Below are positions 9,001-17,037 of a stretch of 54,241 bases of DNA, piece after piece. The stretch lies in IMG/VR virus record IMGVR_UViG_3300037139_000049, positions 1-54,241 of that record; one strand, written 5' to 3'. Both the position numbers and the translations under genes were made by a program. Every line of letters begins with the position of its first letter. Within the stretch, counting starts at the first letter, position 1. The notes under the pieces were generated by a model that ran no database searches, had not been told where the DNA came from, and saw only the letters and a list, made by a program, of their open reading frames with translations. The stretch is from a virus (Duplodnaviria > Caudoviricetes).

Positions 9001-9600
9001 CAGAAGCAGGCTGTCGCCACGGCGGTCAGGATCGGCGCTCTGACCGCAGAATCGGATGCTGTGAGGGTTGCTGAGGCCGCGATGATCCAGGGCCGTGACA
9101 AGGCGTGGGCGTGGCTGAGCGAAGCCCTGACGCATCTAGGCGACCATCTGCTGTACAACCCCGACGCCAACGTGGGACCAGCCGAGTGGGGCGATCTGAA
9201 TCCCGATGCGCTGGTGCCGACGGGTACGATCCGCGCGGCACTCGGGATTGCGGGTGGCGGCGACGTGGCCCTTGATCCCGGCGGTGTCACGACGATGGCG
9301 GCAGGCGAAGTGGTCGGGCAGATCGGCACGGGCGCGACGATCACCGAACTGCTCGGCGAAGGTGGCACCGAAGTCGCCGCATACGTTTGGGAACACGGCT
9401 CAATGACGATCCATCCGTTTGAGCCGCACCTAGCGCTCGACGGCGTGCAATTCGTCAACTTTGACGATCCGGTCTTGGCGAATCCCGATGACTGGCCGGA
9501 CAACCAATTTCTGACGCCCGGAGACCACAGCGGGTGTGGATGCGATGCCGTTCCGATCTACGTCACCGCAGAACAGGCCACCGAGTTAGAAACCGCGTAG
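6028..9600 (+). CDS. Portal protein with N-terminal intein and C-terminal MuF-like head morphogenesis domain
   Basis: Extein reads QGWQ|SDAWNYRDSIGELRYA (actinophage portal motif), W.PHP...ADS, NHWSAW; C-term FEPHLALDG...PGDHSGCGC. Confidence 0.88.
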   Translation: MPLFRKQRTAKHGLRVLAASSLRLNLEDKTEAKRLRALRQGWQCADAETEILTTRGWLGYGELAVGDMALTLNHETGESEWQPVEAVNTYEVEDAEMISMEGRLHSSLTTTGHKWPVLDRQSEWTSADTARRRERRHGLEPQTVLADRAPATMARRMVCSDALTSRQSLVTAAPCVDLPQGEVHDDAFVELVAWFWTEGYQRPTGYTAITQSERVNPECVKRIRAALTETFGPAHGTTRGLTRPAWRESRDGDCVVFALNRFAGRRLMAVAPCKIVDSGFIRSLTLAQLELFVQTSIDADGHRDDGTNVVLTQAKRERIEPLILAAILTGRTPHLYPRRNGQWTVHLRDKATVSPVGASKTEWTNRAKVVRKRYTGTVWCPTLPNHTWLARRNGTVYYTGNSDAWNYRDSIGELRYAINFLANSAARMRLFVGVEPMPGEEEKKPLQLSESSGIPAEVATEASLALADLAANEGTRRTIMKMLSTNVSTAGECFVLGRVDPETSEETWTIRSLDELAFQNDEYELREIPDGPQGIIPWVKLDPKLTTASRVWLPHPRFSLLADSSMRAMLADNESLLIMRRMIRSDSRSRLGRGLLLIPDELSIKVPEDDNEDPEADPFMGALTQAMMEPISDEGVASAVVPIVIRGPAEAMKELRKIDLHQPYEKEAAETREELIGIIATSFDLPKEVIMGTTDLNHWSAWNVDDNTFRHHIEPHVIDLCDALTGGYFHPRLLANGVPPEYVNRLVIWYDPTELVTHPDQTSDALKLHENLVLSDAALLRIAGFSEEDAPTKQEIQVRLLEKMRQWPPNLVMAFLHAWDPTLTAPAMAGPPAIPGISPKGVETAQEPEAILPGRPGAPQIPAETNGTAPVSEAEQPQIGPPAEPITAAGNPETDRLSRKLAQIDRDLRTRLQTAANAAMRRQLERVGANLRTKVAKDETMRTKIAHRPNERVSAILGKQALTAAHISPEDLMGNDWSALRAQFYDWTEAAQKQAVATAVRIGALTAESDAVRVAEAAMIQGRDKAWAWLSEALTHLGDHLLYNPDANVGPAEWGDLNPDALVPTGTIRAALGIAGGGDVALDPGGVTTMAAGEVVGQIGTGATITELLGEGGTEVAAYVWEHGSMTIHPFEPHLALDGVQFVNFDDPVLANPDDWPDNQFLTPGDHSGCGCDAVPIYVTAEQATELETA
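6157..7230 (+). mobile_element. Intein (358 aa) with LAGLIDADG-type endonuclease domain
   Basis: Block A CADAETEILTTRGW, block B TTGH, AWFWTEG and SIDADG motifs, block F/G VWCPT...ARRNG...TGN followed by Ser+1. Confidence 0.92.
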
Positions 9601-9618
9601 CATGAGACAGGAGGCACC

Positions 9619-11742
9619 ATGAAGCAGCGAAAGCTATCCACCGGCCAGCCACGCTCGGCCCTCATCGCCTCCTATGCGGCCGCGGTTCCACCGCCCGCAC
9701 CCGAGAAGACGCCGCCACCGCCTGCGGATGACAAAGCACCACCGGAGCCCGACGCCAAGCCCGAAGGCCCCGACCTCGACGCCGACGTTGACGTGACCAA
9801 GGCCATCGACGCCGCTATCAAGGCTCAGGAAGCCGACCCGGACAAAGCCGACCCGAACGACGAGAAGGTGCTGAAGCTACTCAACGAAGCCAAGGCAGCG
9901 CAGGCGGCTGACACGGAGGACACGGCCAAAGAGTCAGCGGCACCGCCCGAGAAGGTGCCACCACCTGCCAAGGCTCCCCCGGCCGAGGTCAAGACGGCGG
10001 CAACCCAAGCCCCGGTCGTCGTACCGCCCGCCACGGCCGACAAACCCGCGAACCCCGTTGATGAGAACGGCAACGTGGACGACGAACACCCCTGCACACG
10101 CCCGGACTGCGGACACTTGGCCTCAGCGCACGAAGACCTGCCCGCTGGCGATAACACCGGCAAATGCACGATGGGTGGCTGTCATTGCCCGGCGATGGAA
10201 GTGGCCTCAGAACAGGACGAACCGGAATCCGAAGACGCCTCGGATATGGAGGCACCGGCCGGCGCAGGCGACGATGAGCAGAAGACGGCCATCGGCCAGC
10301 CCGTCCCCGTGGCACCAATCGACGATGCTGCCGCGCAGGAACAGAACCCACCGCCGCCGGTTGAGAGTGGCGAAGCGATCGGGCCAGCCTTTACTGCTGT
10401 GCTCATCATCGAGGGCCAGCCAACGGGTGACGGCCGGGAAATCAGCCCGCAGGCGTTGACATGGCGCACCCCGCCGATCCCGCTGATGTTCCTGAAGACC
10501 GAGACGCACGATCCCGAGGGCTTCGATATGAACGACCCGGCTGTGATCGGCGGCAATATCACGTCCGTCACGCGCGAACAGGGCGAGGGTGACACGCAAC
10601 TGCTGATCGGCAAGGGCAACCTTCTGACGACCGAAGACGGCATCTACGCCGCCGAAGTGATCGAGGGGATGGGCCGCATGGGGATCAGCGCAGACGTGTC
10701 CGTCGGTGATGTGGACATCTCGGTTGGTGACGTGGACGAGATTGGCTTCCCGACGGACATCACGGAAACGCTCACCACGGGCACGCTCATGGGTGCCACT
10801 GTCTGCCCGTTCCCGGCGTTCGAGGGTTGCTACATCGTGCTCGGCGACGAGCTGCCCGGTGCTGAGCCGAAGCAGATCGAGCAGGCCGTGGAAGCCCCCG
10901 AGCAGATCACGGCCGGCGGCATGTTGATCCACTGGATGTCCGAGACGGAGTGCGAGCCGTGCCAGCAGGGTTTTGAGGTCATCACAGCGTCAGGGGCAGG
11001 GCCTACGCGCCCCCCGGCCGCATGGTTCGCTGATCCGGGCTTCACCGAGGACGATGGGCGGCTGGTGGAGATTCTCGGCAAGCACGGCCAGCGCGAAGAC
11101 AAGTACGCCTGTCCGATCACCGTCGATGATGATGGGCGCGTTTACGGGCACCTTGCGGCATGGGGAACGTGCCATTCCGGCAAGCCTGGCCGCTGCGTGA
11201 CTGCACCGCACTCGGCCAGCGACTACGCCCACTTCAAGCACGGCTACGTCATCACGGCCGAGGGCGAGAAGATCCGCGTCGGCTCGATCACCGCTGACAC
11301 CGGCCACGCGAATCTCCAGTTCGGTCCCTATGCGGCGATGGGTCACTACGACAACACGGGCTATCAGGTCGCGGACGTGAACGCGGGCGAGGACGCCTAC
11401 GGCATCTGGCTTGCCGGAGCGGTTCGGCCCGACGCAACCGAGGAGCAGCTACGCAAGCTCATCGCGTCATCGCAGTCTGGGGACTGGCGCGAGATCGCTG
11501 GCCAGCTTGAGCTTGTCGCCTCGCTCTGTGTCCCGCTACCAGGATTCCCATTGGCTGTGGTTGAGGAGGCGTTCGTCGCTCATGGCCAGTTGGAGACGGT
11601 CACGGCGGCCGGTGCGAACGTTATGGCTCGGCTCAAGATGCCCGCTGAGCCCGTCGAGGTTGACCTGTTGAAGCTGGCCGCTCCGACGTTGACCCGGTTG
11701 GTTCGTGAGGATGCGCGGGAGCGGATCGGGGCGCTGGGATGA
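9619..11742 (+). CDS. Capsid maturation protease-like head protein with acidic Pro-rich N-terminus
   Basis: EG.PTGDGR, PLM, ATVCPFPAF, GRVYGHLAAWGTCH, GIWLAG, SGDWR motifs; lies between portal and capsid; SD acaggagg. Confidence 0.75.
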   Translation: MKQRKLSTGQPRSALIASYAAAVPPPAPEKTPPPPADDKAPPEPDAKPEGPDLDADVDVTKAIDAAIKAQEADPDKADPNDEKVLKLLNEAKAAQAADTEDTAKESAAPPEKVPPPAKAPPAEVKTAATQAPVVVPPATADKPANPVDENGNVDDEHPCTRPDCGHLASAHEDLPAGDNTGKCTMGGCHCPAMEVASEQDEPESEDASDMEAPAGAGDDEQKTAIGQPVPVAPIDDAAAQEQNPPPPVESGEAIGPAFTAVLIIEGQPTGDGREISPQALTWRTPPIPLMFLKTETHDPEGFDMNDPAVIGGNITSVTREQGEGDTQLLIGKGNLLTTEDGIYAAEVIEGMGRMGISADVSVGDVDISVGDVDEIGFPTDITETLTTGTLMGATVCPFPAFEGCYIVLGDELPGAEPKQIEQAVEAPEQITAGGMLIHWMSETECEPCQQGFEVITASGAGPTRPPAAWFADPGFTEDDGRLVEILGKHGQREDKYACPITVDDDGRVYGHLAAWGTCHSGKPGRCVTAPHSASDYAHFKHGYVITAEGEKIRVGSITADTGHANLQFGPYAAMGHYDNTGYQVADVNAGEDAYGIWLAGAVRPDATEEQLRKLIASSQSGDWREIAGQLELVASLCVPLPGFPLAVVEEAFVAHGQLETVTAAGANVMARLKMPAEPVEVDLLKLAAPTLTRLVREDARERIGALG

Positions 11743-11921
11743 GGCGCCTACGTGAAGCATGGCTGGTACTGATTGGCCGAACGAAGACCCTTGAGCGAGG
11801 GACAAGGGAACGCCTAGAGGAGCATCGGGCATTTATGGATACTCCTGAGTGGTGGGAGGCGATGGGCTACGAGCGGATCGCAGACAAGATGCGGGAGGAG
11901 GCAGATGCTACGCTGTAGCGC

Positions 11922-12119
11922 ATGGGCACAACGCGACACCCTGATCCGCCGTTCGGTTATTTGGCGACCGTGCGGAGCCCTGAGCGTATGCCACGGGTAA
12001 TTCGTATCAACATCGCGCCCGAGGCGTGGAAGGCGCTTAGGATCAAGGCCGTGGAAGAGGGCTGTTCTATGGCAACCCTTCTCGGTGATCTTCTGGAATG
12101 GACCGCCAGTGGTTACTGA
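11922..12119 (+). CDS. Ribbon-helix-helix-like DNA-binding protein
   Basis: RINIAPEAWKALRIKAVEEGCSMATLLGDLLE; TACGCT -10 7 nt upstream. Confidence 0.6.
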   Translation: MGTTRHPDPPFGYLATVRSPERMPRVIRINIAPEAWKALRIKAVEEGCSMATLLGDLLEWTASGY

Positions 12120-12315
12120 CACTGGTCGCACTCCCTTGGTCTATACGCTGGCCAGCTCGGAGGTTTACCATAGGTCTCGCGACTGCCCAGCGCTTGAGCG
12201 TCGCTCGCGGTCGTCGAAATTACGCATCGGCACGGCAGTTGACCTTAGTCGTGAGCGGTACTTCTGGGGCAGGCGTCGTCCATGCGCCCTATGCGTTGTT
12301 GAGGTGCAGCCATGA
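12109..12315 (+). CDS. Small Zn-binding protein (YH..xDC...RPCxxC)
   Basis: VYHRSRDCPAL...RRPCALC. Confidence 0.6.
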   Translation: MVTDTGRTPLVYTLASSEVYHRSRDCPALERRSRSSKLRIGTAVDLSRERYFWGRRRPCALCVVEVQP

Positions 12316-12484
12316 GCGAACGTGATGAAGGGCAACGGCGAGGTAACATGGAGCATCGGGGTGCCAGCCATCACGCAAGATAGCCGAGCGGTTGTTGCGG
12401 CGGCTCTGGACGCTTCCGTGGATGAGGCACTACGTATCCACCAACGTCTCGAGGATGAGTTCGTACGCCGCACAAGGAGGCAGC

Positions 12485-12718
12485 ATGGCTGACACCATCT
12501 ACCCAACCACGCCGCCCGAGTACATCAGGGCTTGGGTTGAGGCCGAGGCGCAATCGCTGGCGGCGAATCAGCGCGCGACAGAAGCTCAGAACCTCGTCAT
12601 ATTCCTGTCCGAGGAGGCGCACCTAGCGCAGGAGCGGCTCCGCAAGGCATCTAGGCATGCGGAGCAGGTGGACGTTCTTGCCCTACGTGCTGCCGAATCG
12701 AGGAGAGAGACATCATGA
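12485..12718 (+). CDS. Hypothetical coiled-coil protein
   Basis: AAGGAGG SD then ATG. Confidence 0.65.
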   Translation: MADTIYPTTPPEYIRAWVEAEAQSLAANQRATEAQNLVIFLSEEAHLAQERLRKASRHAEQVDVLALRAAESRRETS

Positions 12719-12939
12719 CCGACGCATGGGCCACAGATGACCAACCACAAGCCGACTCGCTCCCGCCGTTCGATGACGGCGAGGCGAGCCCCGATGACGA
12801 GAAGGTGGCCGCGATCCTCGGTGCAGGCTACCCGCCCTGCTCCACTTGCGGGAAGGCCAGACCGTCGATGACCGCCAAGACTCAGGCCCTTGCGGCGAGC
12901 GGGGCTGAGACTTGTCCAGGGTGCGGGAGGCCGCGGTGA
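12715..12939 (+). CDS. Small Zn-finger protein
   Basis: GAGGAG SD, CxxC...CxxC. Confidence 0.6.
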   Translation: MTDAWATDDQPQADSLPPFDDGEASPDDEKVAAILGAGYPPCSTCGKARPSMTAKTQALAASGAETCPGCGRPR

Positions 12940-13094
12940 GCGCCAAGGAAATCATCGTGATCGATGGTGTTGAGGTCGAGTTTGAGACGACCGACGATGC
13001 CTTTACGGCGGAGCAATCGGAAGACAATCGCAGGTTCGTTGAGTTCGCGATAGCGGAGAGGCGTAGGCGCGATCTAGCCGGCGAGTGGCCATGA
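12936..13094 (+). CDS. Hypothetical protein
   Basis: GGGAGG SD, GTGA overlap. Confidence 0.55.
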   Translation: MSAKEIIVIDGVEVEFETTDDAFTAEQSEDNRRFVEFAIAERRRRDLAGEWP

Positions 13095-13245
13095 TTTGGC
13101 ACTCATGGACGCCCCTGCGACCGTACTGGCCTAGGGGCACCATTCCGAGACGCGCCCGCACTAGTCGGACATCGGGTGGCCGAGTGTATTGGGTCACCGA
13201 AGGGCAGCGCCGTCTACTTCTCTTTGCATAGCCGCACGTAGGCCC

Positions 13246-13352
13246 TATACTCACGGGCAACAGCAGTCTCGTCGCCATAGGCGGCTCCTGAACGCGGCGC
13301 TATAAGCCACCCGCGCTCGCCATATCCTCACACGAGCACAGGAGCAGTCACA
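13246..13352 (+). promoter_or_regulatory. Capsid promoter (TATACT) and structured 5' leader with AUA-loop hairpins
   Basis: GTCGCC-ATA-GGCGGC; CGCGG..GCT-ATA-AGC..CCGCG; CTCG..CCATA..CGAG; SD ACAGGAG. Confidence 0.55.
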
Positions 13353-15116
13353 ATGGACGAGATTCGTGAGCTACAAGGCAGGCTCGCCGAGCTGAGCGCA
13401 GAGGAGTTTGCGAAGCTCACTGAACTTGTCAAGGCCAAGGCCGCCGAGATCAACGACGACGACACCTCTGACGAGGCCACGTCGGTCCTCTCGGAGCTGG
13501 GCGACATCACCGATCAGATCGTGGCGGAGAAGACGAGCCGCGAGACGAAGGCTCAGGAGGGCCAGGAAGCCCGCGAGGCTGCCCGCGCACGGATCAACGC
13601 TATCTCCGGCGAGGAGGACGAGGAGGAGACGGCCGAGGAGCCAGAGAAAGACGAGGACGAGCCGGAGGAGGAGAAGGACGAGCCAGAGGCCGAGGCGACC
13701 GAGGAGGCCGAGACCGAGGAGGCTCCCGCCGAGGCCGTTGTCGCATCCGGCAAAAAGGGTGCCGTGCGGAACATGGCCAAACGCAAGCCGACACCGAGCC
13801 CCGAGGCAGTCGAGGAGCCGCGAGGAGCTACCCTGACCGCTTCCGCCGGCTACCAGGCCGGGCGTCCGATCACCGACCGCGAGGACTTGGCGCGAGAGTT
13901 CTGCCAGCAGCTTGAGCGGATGGACCGCCACGGCGGCAGCCAAGGCAAAGTCATCGTCGCCTCAATGGACTGGCGCGACCAGTACCCCGAGGATCGCAAA
14001 ATCGGGGGAAGCGTCGATGAGGCCAACGCGAAGATCGAAGCGGTCTGCGGGCGCACGGCGCAGAAGTACGACCCCGACACCGGAGCCCTCGTCGCAACCG
14101 GCGGCATCTGCCAGCCGGTGAACGTCGACTACACCGTGCCGACGTGGAGCACAGACGAGCGGCCGATCCACGACGCGCTCCCGTCCTTCGAGGCGACACG
14201 AGGCGGGATCAGGTTCGTCCAGCCACCGGACATCGCCGAATGGGAAGCGGCCACGGGGATTTGGACCGAGGCAACAGACGCGGAACCCGGCTCCTCGACG
14301 AAGCCTGTCAAGTCCCTCGCCTGCGGCACGGAAGAATCTGCATATGTCGAGGCGATCTCGACCCGCATCGGCTTCGGCAACATGCAGGCCCGCTTCGCAC
14401 CGGAGCAGGTTGCAGCTAACACGGATATGGCGATGGACGCCGCAGCCCGCGTGGCCGAGGTCAACCTCCTGAACCTGATCCAGACCTCCTGCGTGAAGAC
14501 GATCGAATTCGGCAAGCAGCTCGGGCTCGCCCGCGACCTGCTGGCACAGGTCGACGCTTGCTTGGCGGCCTATCAGTCGATCCACCGCATCCCGCAGTCC
14601 CAAGCCTTCACCGCGATCTTCCCGATCTGGGCGAAGGACATGTTCAGGATGGACATGCTGCGCGAGCAGGCCCACGACAACAGCGGCAGCTTCAACGTGT
14701 GGGAAATCTCAGACGAGCAGATCGACGGCTTCTTCAAGGCCCGCAACGTGAACGTGATCTGGCACCTGGACGGCCAGCCGACCAAAGGTACGACGTTCTA
14801 CAACCAGATCATGGAAGTGCCGGGCGAAACGGCGAAATTCGACTCGACCACGAACAAACTGTGGGAATCGGCCGCCAAAGTCGTCTGGTACTTCTTCGCG
14901 GAGGGGCAGATACAGTTGCTGGACGCGGGACGGCTCGATCTCGGGGTGGTGAGGGACTCCACTTTGGATGCCACGAATGATTATGAGACCTTTATCGAGG
15001 TCTTTGAGAGCATCGCTTTTCGAGGCTTCGCCAAAGGCGCATGGCAGCTAAACAGCGAAGTGCTGGCCTCAGGCGCAACCTCACTGCCCACCACTGGCGC
15101 AGCGAAGAACGTCTAA
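13353..15116 (+). CDS. Major capsid (hexamer-type) protein with N-terminal acidic scaffold segment
   Basis: Acidic coiled-coil N-terminus, LVATGGIC.P...Y, LPSF.ATRGGIRF, LDLGVVRDSTL...NDY..F.E motifs like actinophage cluster-B-type capsids. Confidence 0.88.
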   Translation: MDEIRELQGRLAELSAEEFAKLTELVKAKAAEINDDDTSDEATSVLSELGDITDQIVAEKTSRETKAQEGQEAREAARARINAISGEEDEEETAEEPEKDEDEPEEEKDEPEAEATEEAETEEAPAEAVVASGKKGAVRNMAKRKPTPSPEAVEEPRGATLTASAGYQAGRPITDREDLAREFCQQLERMDRHGGSQGKVIVASMDWRDQYPEDRKIGGSVDEANAKIEAVCGRTAQKYDPDTGALVATGGICQPVNVDYTVPTWSTDERPIHDALPSFEATRGGIRFVQPPDIAEWEAATGIWTEATDAEPGSSTKPVKSLACGTEESAYVEAISTRIGFGNMQARFAPEQVAANTDMAMDAAARVAEVNLLNLIQTSCVKTIEFGKQLGLARDLLAQVDACLAAYQSIHRIPQSQAFTAIFPIWAKDMFRMDMLREQAHDNSGSFNVWEISDEQIDGFFKARNVNVIWHLDGQPTKGTTFYNQIMEVPGETAKFDSTTNKLWESAAKVVWYFFAEGQIQLLDAGRLDLGVVRDSTLDATNDYETFIEVFESIAFRGFAKGAWQLNSEVLASGATSLPTTGAAKNV

Positions 15117-15156
15117 CCGGGAAAGCTGAGCGAGCACAGGAAAGGAATGGTCTGAG

Positions 15157-16494
15157 ATGGCGAATCGACTTCCGGTCGTCGTCCCGGCCATTCCCCCTGA
15201 GCCGCCGCAGCTTTCGCTTCTCAACTCAGCTCTCCGGCCCGACAAGACCAGCGACCCGGCGCTCGCCACGCTGGACACGATCACGCCGGAGCAGATGGCC
15301 AAGCTCCCCGATGATGTGCGCCTGGAGCTCGAGGCTCAGAAAGGCGATGCCTGGACGCGCGGCATCACCTACGCGCCCGAGAACCATTGGGAAACGTACC
15401 TGCGGGATGCGTGCGATACGACCACCGATGACCGGCCAGCACTGTTTGCTCCGCGCGGGCTGAAACTGACCGAAAAGGCGGCCGAAGGGACCCTCGCAGC
15501 CGAAGCCCACGAATTTCAGGTCACGGCGATCAACGCCAACGGCGAGACAACTGCCCTGGCCGCCAAATCGATCACCCTCGCTGCGGAAGGTGCGGTCCTG
15601 CTGACCTGGGAAAAGGTCAGCGACACGGCCACCTACCACGTCTTCCAGACCAAAGGCGCAACGGGCAAACCGCTACGGCTGAAATCGGGGGCGAAAACGC
15701 TCGTGGTGGCTGCGCCCGTCGAGGAGACGACGCTCACGGTGACGTATCTGGCGACAGGCACGGCCACCGAAGAAGCGGGCAAAGAAAAGCCAGCCACGAA
15801 CACCACGGGCGGCACGGGCGCCTACACGAACCTCGCCAGCGTCGAAGCGTATCCCTACGTGCTGCAGGTCGAGGACTTCTGTACGACGCTCGGCTTCGAT
15901 GCCAGGGACTTCGCGGGCCGCGCGGAACGGCTGTTGCAGAACGGCCAGCACAAGGCGATCGAGAAGGAGTTCTGGGCTGGTGCTCTGGCGACCAAAGAAA
16001 ACTACCCGAACAAGTTCCTCGCCTCCGAAGGGCTAGCAACGAACATCACGCCGAAAACGGGTACGCCCTCAGCCTCGCGTGGCCTGCAGTTGCTCCAGGA
16101 GGCCCTACAGGAATGCGGGTTCGGTGGCCGCGGCATGATCCACACGCAGGCCCAGACCGCCCCGAACTTCCTGCAGACCCGCCGTGTCGGTGCGCTGCTG
16201 CTCGACATCTTCGACAACATCATCGTCCCCGGCGTTGGCTATCCCGGTACGGGGCCGCTTGAAACCGGCACGGCCCTGGCACCCAAAGCGGGTAACACGT
16301 TCATGTACGCCACGGACCTCGTGTCCTGTCGGGTGGAGGATAAGCCGACGATCTTCGCCGACACGTTCGCCGAGTCGATGGACTGGGGCCAGGGTCCTGA
16401 ACCGAACACGATCCGGATGCGCGCCCGCAAGTTCGCGGTCGCCTATGCCGATATGGCCTGCGTGTTCTGCATCGAAGTGGAACTGCCCTCATGA
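15157..16494 (+). CDS. Second capsid protein (pentamer-type) with inserted FN3-like surface domain
   Basis: AIEKEFW, GL.LL.EAL...GMIH, IVPGVGY.GTGP, MYAT, NT....AR..AVAY; insert QVTAINANGET...LTW...YHVF. Confidence 0.7.
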   Translation: MANRLPVVVPAIPPEPPQLSLLNSALRPDKTSDPALATLDTITPEQMAKLPDDVRLELEAQKGDAWTRGITYAPENHWETYLRDACDTTTDDRPALFAPRGLKLTEKAAEGTLAAEAHEFQVTAINANGETTALAAKSITLAAEGAVLLTWEKVSDTATYHVFQTKGATGKPLRLKSGAKTLVVAAPVEETTLTVTYLATGTATEEAGKEKPATNTTGGTGAYTNLASVEAYPYVLQVEDFCTTLGFDARDFAGRAERLLQNGQHKAIEKEFWAGALATKENYPNKFLASEGLATNITPKTGTPSASRGLQLLQEALQECGFGGRGMIHTQAQTAPNFLQTRRVGALLLDIFDNIIVPGVGYPGTGPLETGTALAPKAGNTFMYATDLVSCRVEDKPTIFADTFAESMDWGQGPEPNTIRMRARKFAVAYADMACVFCIEVELPS

Positions 16495-17006
16495 GCGAGC
16501 GGACCGACGTCGAGGCGGCAGGAGACGGCTACGGCGGGGTCCTGATCCTCCGCAACGTCTCCACGGGCTCGCTGGAGTACCAGCGCACGCCGACGGTGTT
16601 CAAGCCGATCACCGCGGCGATCACCCCCGAATACAAAGGCGAATGGGAAGCCACTAGCCACTACTTCCAGGCAGAATGGACGATCTGGACGCCCGCGACC
16701 GGCAAAAAGTTCAGGGTGCTCGGCTGGTCGCTGTGGGCGTCCGAACACATGCTGCTCGGTATCAAAGACGGCGGCGCGGCCACCGCTGGCACCACGGGCA
16801 TCATCATCCCCGTCTCAAAAGAAGGCAGCCCGGCCAGCACCCCACCGAACTTCGCTAACGGCTACCTGTCCTCCACGGCCGTGAACAAACTGACCCTGTA
16901 CTGCCGTAGCAAAACGGGGACGGGCGCTGAAACCTGCTCGGAAGCCGAAGCCAAAGTCGTCAGCGAATACAAACTCTACGGCTACATCTTCGGGACCGAA
17001 GAGTGA
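16491..17006 (+). CDS. Putative virion structural protein
   Basis: WTPATGKKFRVLG...GYLS.TA.NKL..; position in the head cluster; GAA/AAA-rich. Confidence 0.6.
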   Translation: MSERTDVEAAGDGYGGVLILRNVSTGSLEYQRTPTVFKPITAAITPEYKGEWEATSHYFQAEWTIWTPATGKKFRVLGWSLWASEHMLLGIKDGGAATAGTTGIIIPVSKEGSPASTPPNFANGYLSSTAVNKLTLYCRSKTGTGAETCSEAEAKVVSEYKLYGYIFGTEE

Positions 17007-17037
17007 ACCCACGAACCCATAACGAAGGAGCGAACCA

